A stretch of 64,000 nt of DNA from a bacterium (GCA_023267755.1 JAHFMR010000002.1:42463-106462), one strand, 5' to 3'. Positions 45,999 through 56,758 are shown, numbered from the stretch's first letter. Numbers and translations are program-made. The notes: generated by a model from the sequence alone, not told the origin.

Positions 45999-46646
45999 AT
46001 GAAAGCGAAATATGTGGTATTCGACGGTATGGACGGCTCAGGGAAGGGGACGCAGATCGAGCTCCTGAAGAGGGCACTCGGCGATTCGGTATTCTTCACA
46101 CGCGAGCCGGGTGGTCCGCCGCTTGCCGAGGAGATACGGAAGATTGTCCGCGATAGCCCTCTCGCAGGGCAATCAACAGCGCTTTTCCACTTCCTCGGTT
46201 TCTGGATGGCGAGAGAAGAGACGATGCACAAGCTCGTTATACCCACGCTGCAGTCGGGCAAGCACGTCTTTTCTGACCGGGGAGAGTCGTCGACCGTCGC
46301 GTTTCAGCTCTGGGGCGAGGAACATCACGAGCTCCAACACGCATTCGATATCATGCACGCATTGGTGTTTGACGAGCGGCACGAGCCCGATCTCTACATC
46401 ATCTTCGACCTGCCGGCCGAAGTCGCTCGCGAACGGGTGATGCGCGATGCAAATCGCGAGACGAACCATTTCGACGAACGTGATCTCGCGTACTACGAGC
46501 GCGTGCGCGAAGGGTTTCGCGAGTTCGCGAAACATCTGCCGGTCGAGTTCGTCGATGCAACGGGTTCGCCAGAAGAGATACACCGTTCTGTGCAGATGGT
46601 TCTTGCGCGACGAATGATTCTCCCCGAGCTGGCGTTCCTTGTGTGA
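45999..46646 (+). CDS. tmk: Thymidylate kinase
   Basis: FDGMDGSGKGTQ, TREPGG, SDR, PDL, YERVREGF. Confidence 0.93.
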   Translation: MKAKYVVFDGMDGSGKGTQIELLKRALGDSVFFTREPGGPPLAEEIRKIVRDSPLAGQSTALFHFLGFWMAREETMHKLVIPTLQSGKHVFSDRGESSTVAFQLWGEEHHELQHAFDIMHALVFDERHEPDLYIIFDLPAEVARERVMRDANRETNHFDERDLAYYERVREGFREFAKHLPVEFVDATGSPEEIHRSVQMVLARRMILPELAFLV

Positions 46647-46710
46647 CAACCTCGTCCGTTCCCGGCGCGCTCTTGGCGCGCCGGTTTTTCATTTCTGGTA
46701 CAGTAGCCAG

Positions 46711-47976
46711 ATGAAATTCCCTTTCATAAAGAGAGAAGACCCAGAGATATACACCGCGCTCGTGGGTGAGGAGAAGCGGCAGGCCGAGGGACTGGAGCTC
46801 ATCCCCAGCGAGAACTACGTCTCGCACGCAGTGAAGGAAGCGATGGCCTCTTCGCTTACCAATAAGTATGCCGAAGGGTATCCCGGCAAGCGTTACTACG
46901 GCGGACAGGAGTTCACCGACGCGGTCGAGACACTCGCGATAGAGCGCGCGAAGAAGCTCTTTGGTGCGAAATTTGCAAACGTGCAGCCGCTTGGCGGCGC
47001 CAATGCGAACATCGCGATGTACTTCGCCCTCCTCTCTCCCGGCGACACCGTGCTCGGGATGGATCTCTCACACGGCGGCCACCTGACTCACGGCCACCCG
47101 GTAACCTATCTCACCAAGATCTTCAACTTCGTCCATTATGGGATGAAGGATGTCGAGACGGGCGAGATTGACTACGACGAGATGCGTCGCGTCGCCAAGA
47201 AGACAAAGCCTAAGATTATCCTCGCGGGCTTCTCGGCGTATCCGCGCGAGCTCGACTATGCGAAGTTTGTAAAGATTGCGCGCGAGGTGGGCGCGCTTGC
47301 GGTGATGGACATCGCGCACATCGCGGGACTCATCGCGGGTAAGGCGGCCAAGAATCCGTTTGACTACGGCTTCGATATTATGACCACCACGACGCACAAG
47401 ACGCTGCGCGGCCCGCGTGGCGGGATGATCCTCGTGCGCGAGAGCGAAGAGCTGGCAAAGAAGATCGACAAAGCAATTTTCCCAGGCTTCCAGGGCGGCC
47501 CGCATATGCACCAGATAGCCGCCAAGGCAGTCGCCTTCGGCGAAGCACTTCGACCCTCATTTAAGAAATACGCGAAGCAGATTATCAAGAATGCAAAGGC
47601 GATGGAAAAAGTCTTTAAGAAAAGTGGCGCGCGTATGCTCGCTGGCGGTACCGATAACCACCTTATCCTGCTCGACGTGTGGACCTCGTATGGCATCTCG
47701 GGTGGGGAAGCGGAGCGGCTGCTTGATAGGGCGGGCATCACGCTCAATAAGAACGCGATCGCTGACGACACAAGGAAGCCGATGGACCCGTCCGGCATCC
47801 GCTTTGGCACACCGGCGATCACGACGCGCGGACTCGGCTCTGCAGAATCCGCGCGCGTGGCCGAGCTGATGATCGAGGTACTCACTAAGCGCGACGACAC
47901 GACAGTCGTGCGCGTGAGAAAAGAGATTAAGAAGCTCGCAAAGGCCTTCCCAATACCAGACTCATTTGAGAAGTAA
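46711..47976 (+). CDS. glyA: Serine hydroxymethyltransferase
   Basis: LELIPSENY, NKYAEGYPGKRYYGG, HGGHLTHG, TTTTHKTLRGPRGG. Confidence 0.97.
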   Translation: MKFPFIKREDPEIYTALVGEEKRQAEGLELIPSENYVSHAVKEAMASSLTNKYAEGYPGKRYYGGQEFTDAVETLAIERAKKLFGAKFANVQPLGGANANIAMYFALLSPGDTVLGMDLSHGGHLTHGHPVTYLTKIFNFVHYGMKDVETGEIDYDEMRRVAKKTKPKIILAGFSAYPRELDYAKFVKIAREVGALAVMDIAHIAGLIAGKAAKNPFDYGFDIMTTTTHKTLRGPRGGMILVRESEELAKKIDKAIFPGFQGGPHMHQIAAKAVAFGEALRPSFKKYAKQIIKNAKAMEKVFKKSGARMLAGGTDNHLILLDVWTSYGISGGEAERLLDRAGITLNKNAIADDTRKPMDPSGIRFGTPAITTRGLGSAESARVAELMIEVLTKRDDTTVVRVRKEIKKLAKAFPIPDSFEK

Positions 47977-47994
47977 ATCTGGTACACTCGTCCC

Positions 47995-49572
47995 ATGGAG
48001 GAGCGGATACGAGAAGTGTTAGGGAAGAACGATATCACGATACGACGGCCACTGCCGGCGTTTGGCGACTACGCGGTCTTCGGAGGTGCCGAGGCAGAAG
48101 CACTTGCTTCGCAACTGCGCGAGGGGCTGGGAGCTACGGTAGAGAAGGTAGAGGTGGTGCACGGCTTCGTGAATATCACCATCTCTCGTGAGGCGGTAAC
48201 GCTCGCGGTCGCTGAAGCGGCTGCGCAGGGGAGCGAATGGGGAAAAAATGATAAAGAAGCGGGGAAGCGCGTGATGGTCGAATACAGCAACCCGAACGCG
48301 TTTAAGGAGATGCATATTGGGCATTTGGTCGGCTCCATTATCGGCGAGTCCCTCTCTCGGCTTATCGAGAGTGAGGGGGCGACCGTGATGCGCGACACAT
48401 TTGGTGGGGATGTGGGGCCGAACGTCGCTAAGGCACTCTGGGGGCTGAAGGAAGCCGGTATCACCACGCCGACAAAGGCCGAAGAGCTCGGTGCCGCCTA
48501 TGCTGCGGGCGCGAAGGCGTATGAGGAGAGCGAGGAGGCGAGAGCAGAGATAGACGCGCTCAATCAGGCTCTCTACGCCGGTACGGACTCGGCACTCATG
48601 GGGCTGTGGCGCACAGGCCGGGAGATCTCGATGGAAGAGTTCCGCCGAATATGGAGGATTCTCGGGACGCATTTTGATTTTGAATTCTTTGATAGTGATA
48701 CGATCGAGAGCGGTCTGCGCCTCGTGCGTGATGGGCTCGAGAAGGGAGTCTTCGAGAAGAGTGATGGTGCGGTCATCTACAACGGTGAAGGGAAGGGAGT
48801 GCACACAATGGTCTTTATCACCTCGCACGACACCCCGACGTATGAGGCCAAGGATATTGGGCTCGCATTCTTGCGCGAGGAACGTTATTCGAGCGATCAG
48901 GTCATCATCATCACCGGCAACGAACAGACCGGACGCTTCAAGACCGTCCTCGCCGCGCTCGGAGAGCTCGCGCCGCTCCTCGCGAAGAAGACGGCACATA
49001 TCGCCACCGGATTTTTGAAATTAAGTGAGGGGAAGATGTCCTCTCGCGAGGGGAATGTCATCACCGCATCAGAATTCATCAGGAGTGTTATCGAGAAGGC
49101 GAGCGAGAAAAACCCTGATCCGCTCATCGCTGAGCAGGTCGCTGTGGGGGCGATTAAATATATGGTGCTCCGTCAATCACCCGGATCAGATATCATCTTC
49201 GACCCCGAGAAGTCGCTCTCGCTCGAAGGCGACTCGGGGCCGTATCTCCAATACGCGCTCGTGCGTGCCAAGAAGATTCTCACGTACGCTGGCGGAGAAG
49301 CGGGAACTGGAGAGCCGGACACACCTTACGCGGTCGAGCGAGTCATCCTCCACTACCCAGAAGTGGTTGCGCGCGCGATTGCCGAGCGCGCACCAAGCGT
49401 GCTCGTGACCTACCTTATCGAACTCGCGAGCGAGTGGAACTCTTTTTATGCAACGGAACAGGTGCTCGGCTCTCCTGAAGAGGTATATAAACAACGTGTC
49501 GCACGCGCCTTCGCCACCACAATGACAAATGGCCTCACGCTCCTGAGAATCCCCACGCCAGAGCGGATGTAA
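47995..49572 (+). CDS. argS: Arginine--tRNA ligase
   Basis: VEYSNPNAFKEMHIGH, KMSSREG, GDSGPYLQYA, PERM end. Confidence 0.96.
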   Translation: MEERIREVLGKNDITIRRPLPAFGDYAVFGGAEAEALASQLREGLGATVEKVEVVHGFVNITISREAVTLAVAEAAAQGSEWGKNDKEAGKRVMVEYSNPNAFKEMHIGHLVGSIIGESLSRLIESEGATVMRDTFGGDVGPNVAKALWGLKEAGITTPTKAEELGAAYAAGAKAYEESEEARAEIDALNQALYAGTDSALMGLWRTGREISMEEFRRIWRILGTHFDFEFFDSDTIESGLRLVRDGLEKGVFEKSDGAVIYNGEGKGVHTMVFITSHDTPTYEAKDIGLAFLREERYSSDQVIIITGNEQTGRFKTVLAALGELAPLLAKKTAHIATGFLKLSEGKMSSREGNVITASEFIRSVIEKASEKNPDPLIAEQVAVGAIKYMVLRQSPGSDIIFDPEKSLSLEGDSGPYLQYALVRAKKILTYAGGEAGTGEPDTPYAVERVILHYPEVVARAIAERAPSVLVTYLIELASEWNSFYATEQVLGSPEEVYKQRVARAFATTMTNGLTLLRIPTPERM

Positions 49573-49659
49573 ACAAGGGCGTATTGAATGAGGGAATATT
49601 TGTGGTAGAGTCCTAAGCGGACTGCACCCGTTGTGCAGATTTTGGGAAAAGGATACGAC

Positions 49660-49881
49660 GTGAAGAAACCATTCGGAGTGAGTGATGCCCACGTGCGGGC
49701 AAAGATTGATGTGGTCACCTCCAGCCAGAAAATTTCACTCGGCAAGCTTTTCGAGGCGGCGGCCGCAAAACATGCCCCGCACTTGAGACCGAGAGAGATC
49801 GAGCGCAAATTGGGGCGGTATCTGGGAGGCTCCGCCCCGCCGGCCTTCGTGGCGGCACACGTACATGAACTGGTCGCTTAG
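49660..49881 (+). CDS. Possible small hypothetical protein
   Basis: AAAGGA SD-like sequence before GTG; ORF fills the argS-ileS gap; no motif. Confidence 0.35.
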   Translation: MKKPFGVSDAHVRAKIDVVTSSQKISLGKLFEAAAAKHAPHLRPREIERKLGRYLGGSAPPAFVAAHVHELVA

Positions 49882-49958
49882 CGCGACTCCACAACTTCGA
49901 CACAGCCGCCACCAGCGGCTGTTCCATTTTTACCCTGTAAACGCTACGATAGTCAGAT

Positions 49959-52784
49959 ATGGCCGATATGCCGGAGAAGTCAGACGCCGCTAAGAGAGAG
50001 GAAGCGATACTCGCGTTCTGGCAGAAGGAGCGCATCTTCGAGAAATCGCTCGAGAAGGAAGCTCCGGGGGGCGACTTTGTATTTTATGATGGTCCGCCGT
50101 TTGCAACCGGCACGCCGCATTATGGGCACATCGTCGCGAGCGTGATCAAAGACGTTGTACCGCGCTACTGGACTATGCGCGGTTACCATGTCCCGCGCGT
50201 TTGGGGCTGGGATTGTCACGGTCTGCCGATTGAAAATATTGTCGAGAAAGAGCTCGGCTTCAAACACAAGAAAGATATCAAGGAATACGGCATCGCGAAT
50301 TTTAATGAGCGTTGTCGCGAACGCGTGCTCACCTATGTCGACTACTGGAAGACGTTCATCCCACGCATTGGTCGCTGGGCTGATATGGAGAACGCCTACA
50401 GCACAATGGACAAATCTTTTATGGAGAGCGTCTGGTGGGTCTTCAAGACAATCTACGACAAAGGGCTTGTCTACGAGGATTATCGCGTGATGCATATCTG
50501 TCCGCGCTGTGAGACGACGCTCTCGCAACAGGAAGTTTCAGAAGGATACAAAGACGTGAAAGATATCGCGGTGACGGTGAAGTTCAAAGTAAAAAATCCG
50601 GAGCAGCTAGGAGTGCCGCATGATAATCAAGTCTGTATTCTTGCGTGGACTACAACACCTTGGACGCTTCCGGGTAACGTGGCGCTCGCGATTGGCGAGA
50701 AGATTCAGTATGTGATGTGGACTGACGCTGAGGAGGGCAGGGGCGCAGTTAGTTATATTGCATCAGCTGCTTGGTTCAATAAGAATCAAGTTCAGTCTGT
50801 TACCGTACCAGTTTCTACAGAAGTTCTTAAATCTCTCGAATACGAACCACTCTTTGATTACTACAGCAAAGATACATCACTCAAGAATCATGAGAATGGT
50901 TGGAAGGTGTGTGCCGCAGATTTTATAACTACTGATACTGGCACTGGCATCGCGCACGAAGCGCCGGCTTTCGGTGCGGACGATTGGGAACTCTCGAAGC
51001 AATACAATCTGCCATTCGTGCAGCACGTAAACTACGACGGCACGATGAAGAGTGAAGTGACGGCTTTTGCCGGCATGGAGGTGAAGCCGCGTTCAGATGA
51101 TGACTCAGTGCGGCTTGGTACCGACATCGCGGTGCTCAAATATCTACAGGAGCACAGCACGCTCTTCACGAAAGAGAACATAACGCACTCCTACCCGCAT
51201 TGCTGGCGCTGTGATACACCGCTCCTCAACTACGCGACGAGCTCATGGTTTGTTTCCGTTATGAAGATCAAAGAGAATATGCTCGAAAATGCCAAGAGCA
51301 TCTCGTGGTCGCCAGTGCACATTAAGGATGGCCGCTGGGGTAAGTGGCTCGAGGGCGCACGCGATTGGTCTATCTCACGTCAGCGCTTCTGGGCGAGCGC
51401 GATACCGATGTGGCGCTGTGACTCATGCAAGGGGGTACGTGTCTTCGGAGGGGCGGCCGAGCTTGAGGAGGCGAGTGGGAAGAAGATCGATGATTTGCAT
51501 AAACATATTGTCGACGAGATCACCGTGCCCTGCGCCTGCGGCGGCGTGATGCACCGTATCCCGGACGTGCTCGACACCTGGTTCGACTCCGGCTCGATGC
51601 CCTATGGAGAGAAGCACTATCCCTTCGAAGGGAAAGAAAGTTTTGATGCACAGTTCCCGGCACAATTTATCGCCGAGGGCATCGACCAGACACGCGCTTG
51701 GTTCTACTACCTGCACGTGCTCGCGGGCGCACTCTTTGAGAAGAATGCATTTCAAAATGTGATTGTAAACGGTATCGTGCTCGCCGAAGACGGCAAGAAG
51801 ATGTCGAAGCGCCTGCAGAATTACCCCGATCCGATGGATGTTGTAAATAAGTACGGCGCCGACGCACTCCGGCTCTATCTACTCGCTTCGCCTGTTATGC
51901 AGGCCGAGAATCTCGCGTTCTCCGAGAGCGGCGTTGACGAAATTGCTAAGAAGAATATTGGGCGCTTGAGTAATGTGCTCGCGTTCTACAAGCTCTTTGC
52001 AGGTGGCACTGCCGCCGCTACAAGCAAGAATATCCTCGATGTGTGGATCCTGGCACGACTCGGCGAGCTCCTACAAGAATCCACCGAGGGATATGAACAA
52101 TACCGGCTCGACAGTGCGACGAGGGCACTCGCACCGTTCATCGACGATCTCTCGGCGTGGTATGTGCGTCGCTCGCGCGATCGGTTCAAGGAAGGGAGTA
52201 ATGAAAGGGGAGAAGCCGTCTCGACCCTGCGCTATGTGCTCCACGAACTCGCTATCATCATGGCACCAGCGATGCCCTTCATCGCCGAGGAGATATTCCA
52301 GGAAGTACGCGAGAAAACGGATCCAGAAAGTGTGCATCTAGCTGGTTGGCCCTACTTCGCTGAAGCTACGAAGGGCGCGCCCGAAGTGAATGGAAAGCTG
52401 ATTGAAGAGATGGCGCACGTGCGCTCCCTCGCTTCGGAGACGCTCCAATTGCGTCAGAAAGCAAACATAAAAGTGCGTCAGCCGCTCGCCAAGCTCACCG
52501 TGCCTGAAGCCCTCTCGAGCGAGCTCGCGCAGATTCTCGCGGATGAAGTAAATGTGAAAGAAATCGTTATGGGAGGGGAGCTCGCACTCGACACCGAGCT
52601 CACCCCCGAGCTCATCAAGGAGGGCGATGAACGTGAAATGGCGAGCGCTGTCGCGCAAGCACGCAAGGCGGAGAGGCTCTCGCCGGCCGATGTGGCGCAT
52701 GCCACGATAAATGAAGGAGGGAAGTATAGTGCGGCGCTCTCGACAGGCGAAGTACGTTTCGACCTGATTAAAGATGCGGCATAA
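49959..52784 (+). CDS. ileS: Isoleucine--tRNA ligase (type 2-like)
   Basis: FYDGPPFATGTPHYGH, GWDCHGLP, WTTTPWTLP, DWSISRQRFW, KMSKR. Confidence 0.96.
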   Translation: MADMPEKSDAAKREEAILAFWQKERIFEKSLEKEAPGGDFVFYDGPPFATGTPHYGHIVASVIKDVVPRYWTMRGYHVPRVWGWDCHGLPIENIVEKELGFKHKKDIKEYGIANFNERCRERVLTYVDYWKTFIPRIGRWADMENAYSTMDKSFMESVWWVFKTIYDKGLVYEDYRVMHICPRCETTLSQQEVSEGYKDVKDIAVTVKFKVKNPEQLGVPHDNQVCILAWTTTPWTLPGNVALAIGEKIQYVMWTDAEEGRGAVSYIASAAWFNKNQVQSVTVPVSTEVLKSLEYEPLFDYYSKDTSLKNHENGWKVCAADFITTDTGTGIAHEAPAFGADDWELSKQYNLPFVQHVNYDGTMKSEVTAFAGMEVKPRSDDDSVRLGTDIAVLKYLQEHSTLFTKENITHSYPHCWRCDTPLLNYATSSWFVSVMKIKENMLENAKSISWSPVHIKDGRWGKWLEGARDWSISRQRFWASAIPMWRCDSCKGVRVFGGAAELEEASGKKIDDLHKHIVDEITVPCACGGVMHRIPDVLDTWFDSGSMPYGEKHYPFEGKESFDAQFPAQFIAEGIDQTRAWFYYLHVLAGALFEKNAFQNVIVNGIVLAEDGKKMSKRLQNYPDPMDVVNKYGADALRLYLLASPVMQAENLAFSESGVDEIAKKNIGRLSNVLAFYKLFAGGTAAATSKNILDVWILARLGELLQESTEGYEQYRLDSATRALAPFIDDLSAWYVRRSRDRFKEGSNERGEAVSTLRYVLHELAIIMAPAMPFIAEEIFQEVREKTDPESVHLAGWPYFAEATKGAPEVNGKLIEEMAHVRSLASETLQLRQKANIKVRQPLAKLTVPEALSSELAQILADEVNVKEIVMGGELALDTELTPELIKEGDEREMASAVAQARKAERLSPADVAHATINEGGKYSAALSTGEVRFDLIKDAA

Positions 52785-53337
52785 GTATGAGACGCGGGGC
52801 GTCGTTCTTTCGCGAGCGCCGCTCGGAGAAGCGAGTGCGTTTATCACGCTCATCACACCAGAACTCGGGACGGTACGCGCGCACACACAGAGCGTACGTC
52901 GGTCGGGCGCTAAGCTTGCCCATGCACTAACGACGTTTGCCGAGAGTGAGGTAGTACTTGTCCGCGGGAAGGAGGGGTGGCGGCTCTCGGGAGCGGTATT
53001 GCAGACGAATTGGTTCGCGCGGCTCTCGCCGCTCTCGCGCGAGCGAGCAGTGCGAATCTCTGGTTTGCTGCAACGTCTTGTTACCGGCGAAGCACCTGAG
53101 CCAGCACTCTTCCCGATTATGACCGGCTTCTTCGAATCACTCTCGAACGTTCCTCACGATCTGCACGAGGCCGCAGAGATACTCGCGGCACTCCGTATAC
53201 TCTCGACACTCGGATTTGATGCAGAACAGATCCCGCAGGAGAGCGACTTCACACTACTGTCGCTAGAGACAGTGCGCGCGGAGCGTACGGCCTACATCGC
53301 GCGCATTAATCAAGGCATTGCCGCCTCGGGGCTTTAA
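52774..53337 (+). CDS. recO: DNA repair protein RecO-like
   Basis: TRGVVLSRAPLGEAS...T.ELG.V.A...VRR..AKL; LRILSTLGF. Confidence 0.75.
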   Translation: MRHKYETRGVVLSRAPLGEASAFITLITPELGTVRAHTQSVRRSGAKLAHALTTFAESEVVLVRGKEGWRLSGAVLQTNWFARLSPLSRERAVRISGLLQRLVTGEAPEPALFPIMTGFFESLSNVPHDLHEAAEILAALRILSTLGFDAEQIPQESDFTLLSLETVRAERTAYIARINQGIAASGL

Positions 53338-53357
53338 ATTCTTGTATACTAAGAGGG

Positions 53358-55247
53358 ATGCAACCACTTCCCGAAGATGATGAGAGCGCGCTTGAACATG
53401 CACGCGAGTATTTGTATAAGCCAGGAGAGGATGTCCCGCACGCACACCCACTCCTTGACGGACTCGAAGCACACGTCTTGCCACATCAGTGGGAGGAGCA
53501 GGCTCCACTTGAACAGGTTGTCGCCACCGGGACGCACCATATGAAGCGTGCGTGGAAGTTTTTCATCGGCGCACTCATCTTCTTCCTCGTCGCAACAAGT
53601 GTTGCCAGCTACGTCTTCTACTTCGGAGGAAACGCAGTTTCGGTGGATAAGATTGCAATAGATGTGCAGGGTCCGACAACGCTCGCAGGAGGCGACACTA
53701 TTCCGCTTTCAGTCACCATCACGAATAAGAACGCGGTCCCGATTCAAAATGGGACCATCGCTATCGACTTCCCGAGTGGCACGCGCGACGCCACTGACGT
53801 TTTGAAGCCCTACCCGCACTATATTGAGAATCTCGGCACACTTGAAAGCGGAGCTTCGATAACGCGCTCGATAAAGGCAGTGGTATTCGGTGGGGCAGGC
53901 GAGAAGCTCTCACTCCCAATTGCCTTTTCTTATGGCACAGGAGGTTCGAACGCTCGGTTTGTGAAGAATGCGGCATATGACTTCCTTATTTCGTCGACGC
54001 CGCTCTCGATAGTTGTCGATACGCTTGCCGAGACCACCTCGGGACAGCCGCTCACACTTACGCTCACGGTGAACTCGAATGCGCCGGTGCCGATTGATAA
54101 TGTCGTCCTCACCAGCGCGCTCCCCTTTGGTTTCGTCGTCACCTCGTCATCACTCCCAATGAACAATGCGAGCTTCCTTGTTGGGACGCTCCTACCAGGA
54201 GCGCACAAGACGATTACACTCACCGGGACGCTCATCGGCCAAGACAGCGAGCAGCGCGTATTCCACTTTACTGTCGGAACTGCGCAGACGGCGCACGATC
54301 AGAATCTCGCGGTCACTTATATGACACAGGACGCGAATGTGAAGATTGCCGCGCCCTTCATCAATACGACGTTGGCGCTAAACGGAAATACGTCGGCAAA
54401 CGTTGTGGTGGCCCCGGGCGCTGCTCAGACAGTCACGCTCTCCTACACCAACACGCTCCCGACAAGCATCACAGACGCCATCATTTCGGTAGGCCTTTCA
54501 GGCGGAGCCGTTGACTACAACAGTATCCGGACTTCAGGAGGATTCTATAACTCGGCGACCCATTCGATACTCTTCAGTAAGGACACCGACCCCACCCTCG
54601 CGGTGCTTGCGCCGGGCGCCTCCGGTATCGGCACCTTCACGTTCCAGACGCTTCCGACAAATGCAGCACTCTCTGCACCGACTATCACCTTCACCACCTC
54701 GGTGTCGGGCACACGCGTCGGGCAGGCCAACGTTTCTGGACAGGTGAGCTCAGTAGCGATCAAGACGGCGAAGGTGACGACGGCTATCGTGCTCGCGGTT
54801 TCGACGCTCCACAGCTCGGGGCCGCTCGGCAATAGCGGCCCGATCCCGCCACGCGCCAATCAGGCGACGACCTATACCGTGGCGTGGAGCACGCAGAACT
54901 CAGGAAGCACGGTTGCTGGAGGAACGATGACGGCTACACTACCAACCTACGTCACCTACACCAGTAAGACGAGCGGCGACGGATCGTTCTCATACAACAG
55001 CGAATCGCGTATGGTCACCTGGAATGTCGGCAATCTCGCGCAGGGCACGAAGGCGCAGGGGTATTTCCAAGTGTCACTTACACCCTCGACTTCACAGAAG
55101 AACACTTCGCCGATGCTGGTCAAAACAGCTTTGTTCTCCGGGTATGACCGCTTTGCGGGCGTGCAGGTATCTTCAACAGCTGACTCGGTGACAACCGAGA
55201 CACTGGGAGATCCTGGCTATAGCTCAGTCAACGGCACTGTGCAATAA
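53358..55247 (+). CDS. Large membrane-anchored protein with tandem Ig-like (DUF11-like) domains
   Basis: TM near the N-terminus; repeated Y/L-T-I-T-x-x-N and LGTL.P/SG motifs; GPIPPRANQATTYTVAW. Confidence 0.75.
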   Translation: MQPLPEDDESALEHAREYLYKPGEDVPHAHPLLDGLEAHVLPHQWEEQAPLEQVVATGTHHMKRAWKFFIGALIFFLVATSVASYVFYFGGNAVSVDKIAIDVQGPTTLAGGDTIPLSVTITNKNAVPIQNGTIAIDFPSGTRDATDVLKPYPHYIENLGTLESGASITRSIKAVVFGGAGEKLSLPIAFSYGTGGSNARFVKNAAYDFLISSTPLSIVVDTLAETTSGQPLTLTLTVNSNAPVPIDNVVLTSALPFGFVVTSSSLPMNNASFLVGTLLPGAHKTITLTGTLIGQDSEQRVFHFTVGTAQTAHDQNLAVTYMTQDANVKIAAPFINTTLALNGNTSANVVVAPGAAQTVTLSYTNTLPTSITDAIISVGLSGGAVDYNSIRTSGGFYNSATHSILFSKDTDPTLAVLAPGASGIGTFTFQTLPTNAALSAPTITFTTSVSGTRVGQANVSGQVSSVAIKTAKVTTAIVLAVSTLHSSGPLGNSGPIPPRANQATTYTVAWSTQNSGSTVAGGTMTATLPTYVTYTSKTSGDGSFSYNSESRMVTWNVGNLAQGTKAQGYFQVSLTPSTSQKNTSPMLVKTALFSGYDRFAGVQVSSTADSVTTETLGDPGYSSVNGTVQ

Positions 55248-55256
55248 TCCACCTCT

Positions 55257-56582
55257 ATGGCTGATATGACTCTGATGGAGAAGATAGTCTCGCTCGCCAA
55301 GCGACGAGGCTTCATATTCCCAGGCTCCGAGATCTACGGCGGACTCGCCGGCACTTTCGACTATGGCCCCCTCGGGGTCGTCTTGAAGGAGAATATCGAG
55401 CGTCTCTGGCTCCAGATGTTCCGCGATGACCGAGACGATATGCAGGGCATCGATGCGGCGATACTGATGAACCCGAAGATTTGGGAGGCGTCCGGACACG
55501 TCGCGGGATTCTCCGACCCTCTGGTCGAGTGTGGTAAGTGCAAACGGCGCTTCCGCGCGGATCATCTCGAAGATACAACAAAATGTCCGGAGTGTGGCGG
55601 CGCGCTCGGGGAGGCACGCCAGTTTAATATGATGTTCAAGACGCACGCCGGTGCGGCCGAGGATGATTCGGCGACCGTGTACCTGCGGCCTGAGACAGCC
55701 GGCGGCATCTTTGCTAACTACAAGAACGTGGTGGACTCGATCCACCCGAAACTACCGTTTGGTATCGCGCAAATAGGGAAGGCCTTTCGCAATGAGATCG
55801 CGCCGCGCGATTTTATCTTCCGTCTCCGCGAGCTCTCGCAGATGGAGGTCGAATATTTCATACATCCATCAGAGTGGGAACAAGCCTTTGAGGAGTGGCG
55901 TAAGATGATGCATCTCTTCGCCAAAGCAATCGGACTGCCAGATACGATGGTGCACGAGCTCGAGGTCGCTGATGGCGACCGAGCACACTACTCCAAGCGC
56001 ACTATCGACTTCGAATTCGATTATCCCTTTGGCCGCAAGGAACTCTGGGGTCTCGCATACCGCACCGACTTCGACCTCTCGGCACACGAGAAGGGCTCGG
56101 GCGTCTCGCAGGGATATCTCGACGAAGAGACGAAGGAGAAGTTCACACCGCACGTTATCGAGCCGTCGCTCGGCGTCGATCGCACTATCCTCGCGGTGCT
56201 CGCGAGCGCCTATCGCGAAGACGAACTCGGAGACGAGACGCGCACCTACCTCGCGCTCGCACCGAAGATAGCGCCGGTCAAGGCGATGGTCTCGCCGCTT
56301 CTTAAGAATAAACCCGAGCTCGTGGAGAAGGCGCGCGCGGTGCGTGCGCAGCTGAAGAAGGTTCACCCGGCTATCGCCTGGGATGATAATGGGAACATCG
56401 GCAAGCGCTATCGCCGCCAAGACGAAATAGGCACTCCCTTCTGCATCACAATCGATTTCGATACGCTCGGCGAAAATCCGGAGCTTAAGGACACTATCAC
56501 CCTTCGCCATCGCGACACTGGCGAACAGGAGCGCCTCACCATCTCCGAAGCCGCCACCCGCATCCGCGACGCCATACAATAA
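55257..56582 (+). CDS. glyQS: Glycine--tRNA ligase (homodimeric type)
   Basis: SEIYGGLAG.FDYGPLG, YLRPETA, IGKAFRNEI, IEPSLG, IGKRYRRQDEIGTP. Confidence 0.96.
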   Translation: MADMTLMEKIVSLAKRRGFIFPGSEIYGGLAGTFDYGPLGVVLKENIERLWLQMFRDDRDDMQGIDAAILMNPKIWEASGHVAGFSDPLVECGKCKRRFRADHLEDTTKCPECGGALGEARQFNMMFKTHAGAAEDDSATVYLRPETAGGIFANYKNVVDSIHPKLPFGIAQIGKAFRNEIAPRDFIFRLRELSQMEVEYFIHPSEWEQAFEEWRKMMHLFAKAIGLPDTMVHELEVADGDRAHYSKRTIDFEFDYPFGRKELWGLAYRTDFDLSAHEKGSGVSQGYLDEETKEKFTPHVIEPSLGVDRTILAVLASAYREDELGDETRTYLALAPKIAPVKAMVSPLLKNKPELVEKARAVRAQLKKVHPAIAWDDNGNIGKRYRRQDEIGTPFCITIDFDTLGENPELKDTITLRHRDTGEQERLTISEAATRIRDAIQ

Positions 56583-56758
56583 GCGAATCATTACAAGGTT
56601 GAACCTTGTTCTGTTCTAGGGCGTAGGTACGGGTTGTTTTGGGCTCTTCCCAAAGGGGCTTGCATTTTTACAAAGACTGTGGTATGGTGAACAGGACTAA
56701 TGAATGCGGGAATCCCTGCGTTTAGGATAGTCACAGTCCTTTTTAAGGAGATGACGCC

